A stretch of DNA of 64,000 nt from an uncultured Planctomycetia bacterium (GCA_964629655.1 CAZVQU010000002.1:162814-226813), one strand, 5' to 3'. Counted from the first letter of the stretch, positions 27,096 to 36,912 are shown. Program-made: numbers and translations. The notes: generated by a model not told the origin, from the letters alone.

Positions 27096-28058
27096 CTACT
27101 TGATTTTTTGTTCTCTTCTCAATAAAAATATAAAAATTGGTGCTCCAACTAAAGATGTAATGACTCCAATCGAAATTTCAACCGGCGAAAAAAGACTGCG
27201 TGCTAAGGTATCTGATAAAATTAAGAATGCAGCTCCCGATAAGCAAGACGCGGGGATAAGAACCTTATGATTGGGGCCGACAACCATTCGCATCATATGG
27301 GGAATAATCAATCCGACAAATCCGATTATCCCGGTAATTGAAACTAAGGCTCCGGTAATTAAGGCAGTGGTGACGAATAATATTTTCTTCACTGTCTCAA
27401 CCTCAATACCTAAATGAACAGCCTCTTCCTCGCCAAGGCTTATCGCATTTAAATCCTGGAAAAGAATAAAAATCGGTATAATCCCTAAACAAACTATACT
27501 GCCGACTATTAAAAGAAGTTTAAAATTGTAGACTTCCAGACTTCCCAATAACCACCAAAGTATTCCACGCAAAGCCTGATTGTTTGATATCGATACCAAA
27601 AACACGATTAGCCCTGAGATAGCTATCGCCACAATTACTCCTGATAAAATAAGTGACTGAACCGAAATTCTTCCATTTTGCTTAGCAAGGTTATATACTA
27701 AAATAATACTTAATAAGGCTCCGATGAAGGCAACTAAAGGAATTAGACTAATCGAAAGCCCGAAGAATATTCCCAAAGCAGCACCAAGCCCAGCTCCGCT
27801 TGAAGTCCCTAATAAATAGGGTTCGGCGAGCGGGTTTCGTAAAATTGCTTGTAATACCGCTCCTGAGACACCTAAACCAGCTCCAGCGAATAACCCCAAC
27901 ATAATTCTTGCTAAACGTAATTGCAAAATATTCCGGTTGGCTTGAGAGAACAACTCTCCCAAAGGAATCTTTACTGAACCATAATAAACTCCTAAGGCTA
28001 TACTAGCTAAGAGGATTAAAAATAATATTAGAAGTTTTTTCCGGTTATTTACGTTCAT
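27096..28058 (-). CDS. btuC: Cobalamin/iron-siderophore ABC permease (BtuC/FecCD family)
   Basis: LQAILRNPLAEPYLLG, GEEEAVHLG, GIIGFVGLIIPH, GAPIF. Confidence 0.88.
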   Translation of the reverse strand: MNVNNRKKLLILFLILLASIALGVYYGSVKIPLGELFSQANRNILQLRLARIMLGLFAGAGLGVSGAVLQAILRNPLAEPYLLGTSSGAGLGAALGIFFGLSISLIPLVAFIGALLSIILVYNLAKQNGRISVQSLILSGVIVAIAISGLIVFLVSISNNQALRGILWWLLGSLEVYNFKLLLIVGSIVCLGIIPIFILFQDLNAISLGEEEAVHLGIEVETVKKILFVTTALITGALVSITGIIGFVGLIIPHMMRMVVGPNHKVLIPASCLSGAAFLILSDTLARSLFSPVEISIGVITSLVGAPIFIFLLRREQKIK

Positions 28059-28906
28059 TCTGGATACAGCCTCTTATGAATTGCCTCCAGACCTTCGACT
28101 AACCTCGGTCCGGGCCGGAAAAAAAGATTGGGGTCGATATCCCGATAGATACGGTTATTCTTTACGGCCGCAATATTTCCCCAACCTAACCGGCTTCCAA
28201 TCTTAAGTGCATCCGGATTCTTATTCATATACCCGAGAATAATGCAGTCGGGATTACGCTCTAGGACTTGTTCACTGCTAAAATAGCTGTAGCTTCTAGG
28301 AAGATCACTGGCTATATTTATACCCCCGGCTAAACTAATCAACTCACCTACAAAAGACCCACTACCGGCAGTCATTAAAGGATCGACCCCAATTTCAATA
28401 AATACGCTTAGCCGCTTGGCTTGGGGAATAAGTTTAACCTTATCGTTAATCCGTTCAATCCTCTCCTCCATTTGCCTAATTAGTAATTCGGCCTTTTGCT
28501 CTCGATGAATAAGCTTTGCGATTTCCCTTATCGAACTAAATAGCTCTTTAAAACTTGCCGGGTCGCTAACGAAAACTTTCATACCAAGTCTGCGTAAATC
28601 ATCGACTATCGAAGCTTGTTCCAGGCCGGTAGCAAAAACTATATCCGGTTTTAAAAAGACAATTTTTTCGATACTCGGCTGGCTAAAAGTACCCGCCTTT
28701 TCCTTAGCCTTGGCCTTAGGCGGATAATTACAGAATGTACTTACCCCGACAATCTCATCATCGAGCCCTAAACGGAATAATATTTCGGTTACCGACGGAG
28801 CAATTGAAACAACCCTCTGTTTGGGAACCGCCTGCGAAAGTAGTGGCCTGGGGCCAAAACAGATAAGTATGACTACTAAGCTGCTGAGTAAAATATTCTT
28901 TCTCAT
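28055..28906 (-). CDS. btuF: Periplasmic cobalamin-binding protein (BtuF-like)
   Basis: RVVSIAPSVTEILF, PSIEKIV, AVKNNRIY, RPGPR. Start moved to ATG 28906 (MRKNILL, signal peptide) because the longer track ORF runs through the riboswitch leader. Confidence 0.87.
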   Translation of the reverse strand: MRKNILLSSLVVILICFGPRPLLSQAVPKQRVVSIAPSVTEILFRLGLDDEIVGVSTFCNYPPKAKAKEKAGTFSQPSIEKIVFLKPDIVFATGLEQASIVDDLRRLGMKVFVSDPASFKELFSSIREIAKLIHREQKAELLIRQMEERIERINDKVKLIPQAKRLSVFIEIGVDPLMTAGSGSFVGELISLAGGINIASDLPRSYSYFSSEQVLERNPDCIILGYMNKNPDALKIGSRLGWGNIAAVKNNRIYRDIDPNLFFRPGPRLVEGLEAIHKRLYPE

Positions 28907-28910
28907 CTCT

Positions 28911-28942
28911 AAAATAAAAAATCCCCGACTGTTATGTCGGGG
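28911..28942 (-). terminator. Intrinsic terminator in the riboswitch leader
   Basis: Minus strand CCCCGAC-ATAACA-GTCGGGG followed by ATTTTTTATTTT, just upstream of the btuF start. Confidence 0.65.
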
Positions 28943-29014
28943 TGCACCCTCTTTTCTTGGCCCGGAAATAAAAAATTTTAGGTTATTATTCCGCGTAAAA
29001 CCTAAATTCAATTC

Positions 29015-29195
29015 TTCTCGGCAGGTCTTCTGACTCTCTCACTTTTCCTAGCGGTCTTCCCATCAGCCTCAAGCTGATAGTGACACGAAGTGCTAAGAAA
29101 ATTTTCCTGGCTTATGCCTAGGGTGGGATTACAGCACCGGGAGTGTCTCCGATTCTCACGGAGTTCCCTATTATGCCTTACGGCACCGAAAAAAA
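29015..29195 (-). ncRNA. Cobalamin riboswitch
   Basis: Minus strand GGTG...AATAGGGAA.TCCGTGAGAATCGGA..AC.CCC..GCTGTAA...GTCACT...GGGAAGA...AGTCAGAAGACCTGCC (B12 box), upstream of btuFCD-btuB. Confidence 0.92.
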
Positions 29196-29223
29196 TAATC
29201 CTTAACTCCCAAAGAACAACTTT

Positions 29224-29251
29224 ATTCTATCTTTACCGACTATCTTGTCAA
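29224..29251 (-). promoter_or_regulatory. Sigma70-type promoter for the riboswitch/btu transcript
   Basis: TTGACA-16 nt-TAGAAT on the minus strand, ~30 nt before the aptamer. Confidence 0.6.
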
Positions 29252-29262
29252 CATTTTTATCA

Positions 29263-29335
29263 TGCGCCCGGGCCGACTCGAACAGCCACATCAGCCTTAG
29301 GAGGGCCGCGCTCTATCCTGTTGAGCTACGGGCGC
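29263..29335 (-). tRNA. tRNA-Arg (anticodon CCT), CCA not encoded
   Basis: Cloverleaf GCGCCCG/CGGGCGC acceptor stem, GCTC/GAGC D-stem, CGGCC-CT CCT AA-GGCTG anticodon arm, GGCTG-TTCGAGT-CGGCC T-arm. Confidence 0.93.
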
Positions 29336-29355
29336 GAATCGAATAAAGATTATAA

Positions 29356-29868
29356 TTAATATTTGATTAAAGAAAGTACCGGGTATTTCTTTAGTCTATT
29401 TCGCCCTTTTAGGAAAGTCAACTCAATGAGAAAGATAATCGCTGTAACTTTCCCCTTTAATTTTTCAACTAGCTTCGCCGAAGCTAAAGCAGTTCCCCCG
29501 GTGGCTAACAGGTCATCTAAAACCAGAATCTTTGAACCGGAAGAAAAAGCATCACGATGGATCTCTAATGAATCTTTACCATACTCCAAAGAATAGGTAT
29601 AGCAGTAAGTTTTCCCGGGAAGCTTTCCGGGCTTTCTTACTGGAACAAACCCGCAATTTAAACGATAAGCTAAGGCTGAGCCAAAGATAAAACCTCGGGA
29701 TTCTGCAGCCACAATATAGTCGATTTTTTTCCCTTTTAAAGCCTTGGCCATATCATTGATTGCCCTTCTGAATGCTCCCTTGTCATTAAGCAAGGTGGTT
29801 ATATCTTTAAAAAGAATACCTTTCTTGGGAAAATCAGGAATATCGCGGATATGTTTTTCTAATTTCAT
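29356..29868 (-). CDS. apt: Adenine phosphoribosyltransferase
   Basis: PDFPKKGILFKDIT, ESRGF, RKPGKLP, LDDLLATGGT. Confidence 0.95.
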   Translation of the reverse strand: MKLEKHIRDIPDFPKKGILFKDITTLLNDKGAFRRAINDMAKALKGKKIDYIVAAESRGFIFGSALAYRLNCGFVPVRKPGKLPGKTYCYTYSLEYGKDSLEIHRDAFSSGSKILVLDDLLATGGTALASAKLVEKLKGKVTAIIFLIELTFLKGRNRLKKYPVLSLIKY

Positions 29869-29881
29869 AAGAATCTCCAGC

Positions 29882-30703
29882 CTAAGCCTCTATTTTTTTC
29901 TTCTGTTGGTCAACGACATAAGTACGCAGCCTTTTAAGAGCCTCTTTCTCAATTTGCCGCACTCTTTCTCGAGATACCTTTAATACTTTAGCCACCTCAG
30001 CCAAGGTATGAGCCCTGCCATTAGTTATTCCGAAACGTAAATCTAAAACTAATCTTTCACGTCCAGTAGTAAAACTAAGCAGTTCCTCTATCTTCTCGTG
30101 ATTAAAAACTTTATCTGCAGCTGAAGTTGTCATTGTGCTGTCATCGGTAGCAATAAAATCAGCAAGCTGTGAATCACCGTCACCACCTACCGGTGCATCT
30201 AAAGAAGATTGTTTCTGGGTCCAAAGCTCAATCTCAGCCACCCTCTTCACAGTTACTCTTAAACCTTTAGCAACTTCTCCTCGACGAGGTTCCCGGCCTA
30301 ATTTCTGGCGTAAGACCTCTTTAGCCCGTTTATGTTTTGCAATAAGTTCACTCATATAAACCGGGACACGAATGGTCTTGCCTTGATCAATAAGTGCCCG
30401 GGTTACGGCTTGACGTATCCACCAGGCAGCGTATGTAGAGAAACGGTAACCTTTACGGGCGTCAAACTTATCAATAGCCCGCATAAGGCCGATATTACCT
30501 TCAGCAATTAAATCCATTAAAGAAAGGTTGTAGTGAGAGTAGTGTTTGACAATGCTTACAACCAGCTTTAAGTTACAATTAATTATTTTACGCCGAGATA
30601 CCCGGCTACCGCGCTTGGCCTTTCGGATAAGCTCAACCTCTTCCTTTTTCTTTAATATTGGAAGATCTTTAATCCTCTCTAGATAAGCTTTAATTGCTTC
30701 CAT
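29882..30703 (-). CDS. RpoD/RpoS-family sigma70 factor lacking region 1.1
   Basis: [48 protein letters not shown]. Confidence 0.9.
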   Translation of the reverse strand: MEAIKAYLERIKDLPILKKKEEVELIRKAKRGSRVSRRKIINCNLKLVVSIVKHYSHYNLSLMDLIAEGNIGLMRAIDKFDARKGYRFSTYAAWWIRQAVTRALIDQGKTIRVPVYMSELIAKHKRAKEVLRQKLGREPRRGEVAKGLRVTVKRVAEIELWTQKQSSLDAPVGGDGDSQLADFIATDDSTMTTSAADKVFNHEKIEELLSFTTGRERLVLDLRFGITNGRAHTLAEVAKVLKVSRERVRQIEKEALKRLRTYVVDQQKKKIEA

Positions 30704-30720
30704 ATTCTTCTAAAACCTTT

Positions 30721-33417
30721 CTATTTTTTACTCCTGCCTTTTTCTTGTATTGCTATTTGAGCAGCAGCTAGCCTGGCAATCGGAACCCGATAGGGGGAAC
30801 AGCTAACGTAATTTAAGCCGGCTTTGTGGCAAAATTTAACCGACTTCGGATCTCCTCCGTGCTCTCCGCATATACCGCATTTAAGTTTCTTATTTGTTTT
30901 TCTGCCTAAGTCTACGGCTGTTTTTAAAAGCTGGCCTACGCCCTCCTGATCAATTGTCTGAAATGGATCATCGGGTAGAATTTTCTTCTCTATATATTCC
31001 GGTAGAAAAACTCCGGCATCATCGCGGCTATAACCAAAGGTCATCTGGGTAAGGTCATTTGTCCCAAAAGAGAAAAATTCAGCCTTTGCCGCAACCTTAT
31101 CAGCAGTTAATGCTGCCCGAGGAATTTCAATCATTGTTCCTACCGTATATTTTACATTTGATTTCGATTTACTAATAATGCTCTTGGCAGCTTTTCGAAC
31201 AATTTCTTCCAGATAGTCAAATTCGTTAACTGTGCCAATAAGCGGAATCATAATCTCAGGAATAACCTTAATTCCCGCCTTGGCCACATTACAAGCTGCT
31301 TCGATTATCGCTGTTGTCTGCATCAGGCAAAGTTCAGGATAAGTAATCGACAATCTACAACCGCGATGGCCGAGCATCGGGTTTAACTCGTGTAGCTTCT
31401 TAACAAGATCCTCTACCTTTGCCGGTGAGATTTTCAAACGCTTAGCCATTTCTTTTTGCCCGTCTGGATCATTAGGCAAAAATTCATGCAGCGGCGGATC
31501 GAGAAGCCGTATTGTCACCGGAAGCCCATTCATCTCCTTAAAAATCCCCTCAAAGTCTTTTCTCTGGTAAGGTAACAATTTCTTAAGAGCTTTCTCTCTT
31601 GTTTTGCTATCCTGGGCTAGAATAAACTCACGAACAGCCCAAATCCTCTCTCCTTCAAAAAACATATGTTCAGTTCTGGTAAGACCAATACCTTCAGCGC
31701 CTAATCTCCGAGCTGCCATTGAATCTTTAGGTGTGTCAGCGTTAGTACGAACTTTAAGTGTTCGGTATTGATCTGCCCATTTCATTGTCTGAATAAACAT
31801 CTTGTAAATTGGACTCTTCTTAGCCCGAGGATTATTTTCAACAACTCCGGCAATTACCGGGCTGGTTGTCGACTTCACATCGCCGAGCATAACCTCTCCG
31901 GTTGCACCGTTTAGGGAAAGATAATCGCCCTCCTTGACTATGACTCCTTCAACCGATATCTGTTTTTTAGAGTAGTTAATATTTAAAGCGCTGCATCCGG
32001 CGATACAACACTTACCCCAACCTCTGGCAACTACAGCTGCATGTGAAGTCATTCCACCGGTTGAGGTCAATATTCCCTCAGCAGCATCCATTCCGGCTAC
32101 ATCCTCCGGAGAGGTCTCATGGCGGACAAGAATAACCTTTTTCCCCTTCTTCTTCCAGGCTTCTGCATCATCAGCTGTGAATACCACATGCCCTGAAGCA
32201 GCACCCGGTCCAGCCGGAAGGCCCTTGGCTACCTTTTTAGCTTTACTGGCAGCTACAGGGTCAAAAATCGGAAAGAGAAGCTGATTAAGCTGTTCACCCT
32301 CAATCCGCAGGAGAGCTTCTTGAGCTGTAATCATTTTTTCTCCTACCATATCGTATGCAATCTTAACTGCTGCAAGCCCGGTACGTTTACCGGTACGTGT
32401 CTGAAGCATAAAAAGCCTGCCTTCCTGTATGGTAAATTCTACATCCTGTATATCTCTATAGTGTTTCTCAAGTTTTTTTCTTATATCATCGAGTTGTTTA
32501 TAAATTTTCGGCATTTCCTTTTTAAGATCATTTATAGGCTCAGGAGTCCTTATCCCGGCTACTACATCTTCACCCTGAGCGTTAATAAGAAACTCGCCAA
32601 AAAATTCATTATCTCCGGTTGAAGGATTACGGGTGAAGGCTACTCCGGTTCCGGAAGTATTACCCATATTCCCAAAAACCATTGTTTGAACATTAACTGC
32701 TGTACCAAGAAGTCCGGTAATTTTATTTATTCTTCTGTAAATTACGGCTCTCTCAATATTCCATGAGCCAAATACCGCGTTAACTGCAGACATTAGCTGT
32801 TTTTTTGCGTCAGTCGGAAAAGGTTTCTTTACATATCTCTTATATACATCCTTATACTGACCGACTAGTTCTTTAAGCTGAACAACTGTAAGGTCATTAT
32901 CTTGTTTTGCTCTATATTTTTTCTTAATAGCTGTTAATTTTTCTTCAAAATGCTCATGGTCGACTCCCATAACAACATTTCCGAACATATCAATAAAGCG
33001 TCGATAAGCATCCCAGGCAAGGCGTTGATTGCCGGTTTTCTTTGCAAGACCGATTACTGCATCATCATTTAACCCAAGATTAAGAACAGTATCCATCATC
33101 CCCGGCATTGAGACTGCGGCACCGCTGCGCACTGAAACCAGCAAAGGATTCTTAGAATCCCCCAACTTTGCGCCCATGCTTTTCTCTAACATAGCAATAT
33201 TAGCATCTATTTGTTTTTGTAGCTCAGAAGGATATTTCCTTCCATGTTTATAGTAGTAGTCACAAACTTCGGTTGAAATTGTGAATCCCGGAGGCACCGG
33301 AACTCCGATACTGCACATCTCAGCTAGATTTGCACCTTTGCCGCCTAGAATATTCTTCATTGTAGCGTTACCATCAGATTTTCCCTTGCTGAAAAAATAT
33401 ACAAATTTTTTAGCCAT
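30721..33417 (-). CDS. ppdK: Pyruvate, phosphate dikinase
   Basis: LGGKGANLAEM, SMPGMMDT, GGMTSHAAVVARG, SFGTNDLTQ, CGEHGGDP. Confidence 0.97.
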   Translation of the reverse strand: MAKKFVYFFSKGKSDGNATMKNILGGKGANLAEMCSIGVPVPPGFTISTEVCDYYYKHGRKYPSELQKQIDANIAMLEKSMGAKLGDSKNPLLVSVRSGAAVSMPGMMDTVLNLGLNDDAVIGLAKKTGNQRLAWDAYRRFIDMFGNVVMGVDHEHFEEKLTAIKKKYRAKQDNDLTVVQLKELVGQYKDVYKRYVKKPFPTDAKKQLMSAVNAVFGSWNIERAVIYRRINKITGLLGTAVNVQTMVFGNMGNTSGTGVAFTRNPSTGDNEFFGEFLINAQGEDVVAGIRTPEPINDLKKEMPKIYKQLDDIRKKLEKHYRDIQDVEFTIQEGRLFMLQTRTGKRTGLAAVKIAYDMVGEKMITAQEALLRIEGEQLNQLLFPIFDPVAASKAKKVAKGLPAGPGAASGHVVFTADDAEAWKKKGKKVILVRHETSPEDVAGMDAAEGILTSTGGMTSHAAVVARGWGKCCIAGCSALNINYSKKQISVEGVIVKEGDYLSLNGATGEVMLGDVKSTTSPVIAGVVENNPRAKKSPIYKMFIQTMKWADQYRTLKVRTNADTPKDSMAARRLGAEGIGLTRTEHMFFEGERIWAVREFILAQDSKTREKALKKLLPYQRKDFEGIFKEMNGLPVTIRLLDPPLHEFLPNDPDGQKEMAKRLKISPAKVEDLVKKLHELNPMLGHRGCRLSITYPELCLMQTTAIIEAACNVAKAGIKVIPEIMIPLIGTVNEFDYLEEIVRKAAKSIISKSKSNVKYTVGTMIEIPRAALTADKVAAKAEFFSFGTNDLTQMTFGYSRDDAGVFLPEYIEKKILPDDPFQTIDQEGVGQLLKTAVDLGRKTNKKLKCGICGEHGGDPKSVKFCHKAGLNYVSCSPYRVPIARLAAAQIAIQEKGRSKK

Positions 33418-33444
33418 CTCTCTTCTCTCCTCCCTATGAATTAA

Positions 33445-33488
33445 CCCTTTGGCTTCGCTCAGGGTTAATGCTGAGCAACGCCGAAGTA
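33445..33488. repeat. REP-like inverted doublet between glyQS and ppdK
   Basis: CCCTTTGGCTTCGCTCAGGG-TTAA-TGCTGAGCAACGCCGAAGTA: two related units in opposite orientation. Confidence 0.6.
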
Positions 33489-34826
33489 TTAATTAAATTT
33501 TACTCGTTGTTTAAGAAATTCCTTAACTTTAGTTTTGTCAACCCTCTCCTGCTCCATGCTATCTCTATCCCTGATGGTAACCTTTCCATCATTTAAGCTT
33601 TCTACATCAACAGTGATGCAAAAAGGAGTCCCAATTTCGTCTTGGCGGCGATAAAGCTTGCCAATTGCTGCTGTGTCGTCATAAAGGGCAGGCAACTCAT
33701 CTTTTATATCACAAAAAATACTTTTTGCAAGCTCAACTACTTCCGGTTTATTCTTCAGCAAAGGAAAAACTGCTGCTGAATAAGGTGCCAGGTCCGGTTT
33801 TAATTTCAAAACATTCCTGACTCTACCCTTAACCTCCTCACTGCAGAAGGCGTCGGAAAGGCAAGCAAAAAAAGTCCTGTCTACTCCGGCTGAAGGTTCA
33901 ATAACATAAGGAATAAACTTCTCACTACTAGTGTTATCAAAATATGATAGGTCTTTCTTGCTTACTCTAGCATGTTCACTTAAATCAAAATCTCCCCGAT
34001 TGGCTATTCCCTCTAATTCACTCCAGCCAAAGGGAAATTCAAACTCAACATCAGTGCAAGACTTAGCGTAATGGGCCAACTCATCCCTAGCATGCTCCCT
34101 TAACCTTAGGTTCTCTTTCTTCAAACCAATTCTTTCAATGTAGAAATTAAATCTCTCTTTAACCCAATACTTATAAAACTGATCAGCCTCTTTAGGATGG
34201 ACAAAATATTCAATCTCCATCTGATCGAATTCTTTCATCCTAAACACAAAGCTACCGGTAGTAACTTCATTTCTAAAGGCTTTGCCAATCTGGGCTATAC
34301 CTAAGGGGAGTTTTTTAGAGGTAGTCTTAAGAACATTAGCAAAATTTACAAATATCCCTTGAGCAGTCTCAGGACGCAGATAAGCATAATTAGGTTCATC
34401 CTCAGTAGCACTCATATTAGTCTTTAGCATGAGGTTGAACTTGCGGGGTTTATTCTTATCGGTGTCTATCTCCTGCTTACACTCCAGGCAGCTATAGACT
34501 GTGCCGCCTATCTTTTCCAGCTTATCGACTCGAAATCTCTTCTTACAATTCGGACAATCAATGAGTAAATCAGCAAATCCCTGGAGATGGCCAGACGCCA
34601 TGAAAACCTGGTCCTTCATGATTATGCTACTGTCTAAACCAACGATATCAGCTCTTTTCTCTACATACTCCTTCCACCAGATATCCTTGATTCGTTTTTT
34701 AAGCCTTGAGCCTAAAGGACCATAATCCCAAATGCTAGAGAGCCCTCCGTAGATCTCCGAGCCACCGAAGATAAAACCTCTTCTCTTACATAAGGATACT
34801 ATTTGTGCTAACTTATCCTGACTCAT
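33489..34826 (-). CDS. glyQS: Glycine--tRNA ligase (alpha2 type)
   Basis: KRRGFIF..SEIYGG, YLRPETAQGIF, GKAFRNE, ELAHYA, IEPSAGVDR, YRRQDEIGTP. Confidence 0.95.
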   Translation of the reverse strand: MSQDKLAQIVSLCKRRGFIFGGSEIYGGLSSIWDYGPLGSRLKKRIKDIWWKEYVEKRADIVGLDSSIIMKDQVFMASGHLQGFADLLIDCPNCKKRFRVDKLEKIGGTVYSCLECKQEIDTDKNKPRKFNLMLKTNMSATEDEPNYAYLRPETAQGIFVNFANVLKTTSKKLPLGIAQIGKAFRNEVTTGSFVFRMKEFDQMEIEYFVHPKEADQFYKYWVKERFNFYIERIGLKKENLRLREHARDELAHYAKSCTDVEFEFPFGWSELEGIANRGDFDLSEHARVSKKDLSYFDNTSSEKFIPYVIEPSAGVDRTFFACLSDAFCSEEVKGRVRNVLKLKPDLAPYSAAVFPLLKNKPEVVELAKSIFCDIKDELPALYDDTAAIGKLYRRQDEIGTPFCITVDVESLNDGKVTIRDRDSMEQERVDKTKVKEFLKQRVKFN

Positions 34827-34894
34827 TTTAAGTTATTATTATACCCTAAAAACTGTTTTTTTTAAGAGAAATTTTCGCGAAGTAAAGACGCGGG

Positions 34895-35698
34895 CTATTT
34901 TGAAGGTCGCTTGCGAAAATCCTTTATCTTTGATGATGAATCTGTTGTATTACTGCTCATAACCTCTTTTATCTTGGTATCTGCCGCAGCGTAACGGTCT
35001 TTAGGTTTGGGGTGGCTGCGCAGAAAAATCGGCATAGCAGTAGAACCATACTCCTTTTCTATCTCTTCAAACCGCTTAAAAACAAGAAGGGATGCTTTAG
35101 GGTCAAATCCGGCCTGATAACCATAGCTAACTCCTAAGGAGTCAGCTAAATACTCATCCTTGCGGGAAAAACCCAGACTAACATACTTATCGACCTCGGC
35201 AATTAAATCTCCGATGGCCTTTTGGTTGGACTGGCCTGATAAAACTGCCATGACCAGCTGCAGACCAAAGATCTTTTCAAATCTTTTAAAACCATGCCGA
35301 GCACAGATATGGCCAACCTCATGGGCCATAACAAAAGCTAACTCCGGTTCAGTGAATGAATCAAGCAACCCTTTATTGACAAAGATATGCCCGCCTAGGA
35401 GAGCGTAAGCATTTATATCCTCACTATCAATAATATAGAATTGATAATCTAAGTAACTGCGGTGACTAGTAGCAACTACCCGCTCTCCGATTTCTTTTAG
35501 GTAAGCTAAAGCCTCGGGGTCATTGACCATCTTGGTTTTGGAAATCATTTGTTTAGCTAAGCTATTACCTAATTTAATCTCATATTTTTCATCAAAAAGA
35601 TGCATCTCTCTTCGGCCAGTAGCCGGGTTATATACAGTTATGCAACCAACAAGCAAAAGTGTGAGTATCGCGACAATCCAAACAGTTCTTTTCTTCAT
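34895..35698 (-). CDS. M48 family peptidase lipoprotein
   Basis: Lipobox LLVGC, NAYALLGG, HEVGH, EYLAD, LRSHP. Confidence 0.88.
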   Translation of the reverse strand: MKKRTVWIVAILTLLLVGCITVYNPATGRREMHLFDEKYEIKLGNSLAKQMISKTKMVNDPEALAYLKEIGERVVATSHRSYLDYQFYIIDSEDINAYALLGGHIFVNKGLLDSFTEPELAFVMAHEVGHICARHGFKRFEKIFGLQLVMAVLSGQSNQKAIGDLIAEVDKYVSLGFSRKDEYLADSLGVSYGYQAGFDPKASLLVFKRFEEIEKEYGSTAMPIFLRSHPKPKDRYAAADTKIKEVMSSNTTDSSSKIKDFRKRPSK

Positions 35699-35699
35699 T

Positions 35700-36467
35700 T
35701 TACTCCCCTTCTAATACTTCTATCTCGTAAGGACTATTAACAATAACCTCAGGTCCATTATACTCCTGAATCCTTCCGTTAACACGTATTTTCTTTCCAT
35801 TATAAAAATCTAAAGGGTTAATGCCTCTTCGGCTAAAGGCATTGAGGACATTATTAAAGATAACTACGCTAAAGTCTTTCTTGTAATCCTGGCCAAAATT
35901 TAAAAATACACACTTTGCTGATTTATAGCTACCGAGAACTACCCCCTCGACGCTCCTTATCTGATTAATATACTTATTGGCCTGGCTGTGGTTAATAACC
36001 GGAAAACTGCCCCATAAGCCATTTTTTGCCTCACGAGCTCTTTTTTGTGCGTCTATAAAAAGCTCAACATACTTTACATTCGGCGGATAAGTATAGAGAA
36101 CGGCATACCCTTGCTCTATTAACCTTGCATTTACAAAAGTCTCCTCGAGAAAGCAATAGCCTAAGAGCCGGCCATAACGATCGGTCTTCTCGATATCAAA
36201 TTCAATCCGGACGAGTTTTCCTTCTACCAACTTTCGGTTAAACTCTTTTGCTTCTAAGCTAAATGGTTGAGGCCGGTACTTAAAATCACCGGCTTTTTCT
36301 TTTATTCTTACCTCAGGAGTATCTAGGCCAATATAGCGCAAAAGCCTTCCGTTGGAAAGCTTAATAGTATCGCCATCGATAACCTCTAAGACTCTTATTT
36401 GAGAATAATTAGATTGGCTGCAGGAAAGGATTAAAAGAAGACTTAAAAGGAATAATCTCTTTATCAC
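35700..36467 (-). CDS. Thermonuclease (SNase) family lipoprotein with a C-terminal OB-fold-like domain
   Basis: Lipobox ILSC, VIDGDTI, RYIGLDTPE, DRYGRLL, GLW; tail VEGVV..FLNFG..VNGRIQEYNGPE. Confidence 0.88.
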   Translation of the reverse strand: MIKRLFLLSLLLILSCSQSNYSQIRVLEVIDGDTIKLSNGRLLRYIGLDTPEVRIKEKAGDFKYRPQPFSLEAKEFNRKLVEGKLVRIEFDIEKTDRYGRLLGYCFLEETFVNARLIEQGYAVLYTYPPNVKYVELFIDAQKRAREAKNGLWGSFPVINHSQANKYINQIRSVEGVVLGSYKSAKCVFLNFGQDYKKDFSVVIFNNVLNAFSRRGINPLDFYNGKKIRVNGRIQEYNGPEVIVNSPYEIEVLEGE

Positions 36468-36835
36468 TTAAAATCAGAGAGTATCTTTAAGAATATTTTC
36501 TGGGCAAATTGTGCCTTTGGCATTAAAAGTTGACGTGCTGATACTTTCAACCTCTGGGTATTCGTACTAATACTGTCTATCTTCACAGCTATGTTATGCT
36601 CGGAGAGCTTAGCCTTTATCGCGCCTTTAGACTCATTGCTAACTACTATCTCAGCCTCCATCGCTTCCAGCTTATCCAGACAAAGATCCCATAATACCCG
36701 ATACTCTACGTTTACATTACCGGAAGCAGTAGCATTACTTAAACTATATCCGGTCACTACTCCGGCACCAATAAGAACCGGGATACATCCTGATATTAGT
36801 GCTAACCCTAAAATTAAACTAATTATCTTTTTCAT
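36464..36835 (-). CDS. Small lipoprotein (DUF3568-like)
   Basis: Lipobox LISGC followed by a glycine-rich segment; SD AAGGAG. The family guess is tentative. Confidence 0.65.
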   Translation of the reverse strand: MKKIISLILGLALISGCIPVLIGAGVVTGYSLSNATASGNVNVEYRVLWDLCLDKLEAMEAEIVVSNESKGAIKAKLSEHNIAVKIDSISTNTQRLKVSARQLLMPKAQFAQKIFLKILSDFK

Positions 36836-36912
36836 ATTATTAACTCCTTTATATTAACTATAGCAAAATTATATTATTTTGCAAGGGTTGGTTGATAAAA
36901 AAAACAACTAGG

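Noticed and set aside
22900-29335. Genomic island integrated at tRNA-Arg
   Set aside because: The btu operon abuts the tRNA 3' end, but I found no integrase and no duplicated tRNA 3' fragment at the far end.
28907-29359. N-terminal extension of BtuF to 29011 and the + ORF at 29090-29359
   Set aside because: Both overlap the riboswitch, terminator or tRNA. The signal peptide starts at ATG 28906.
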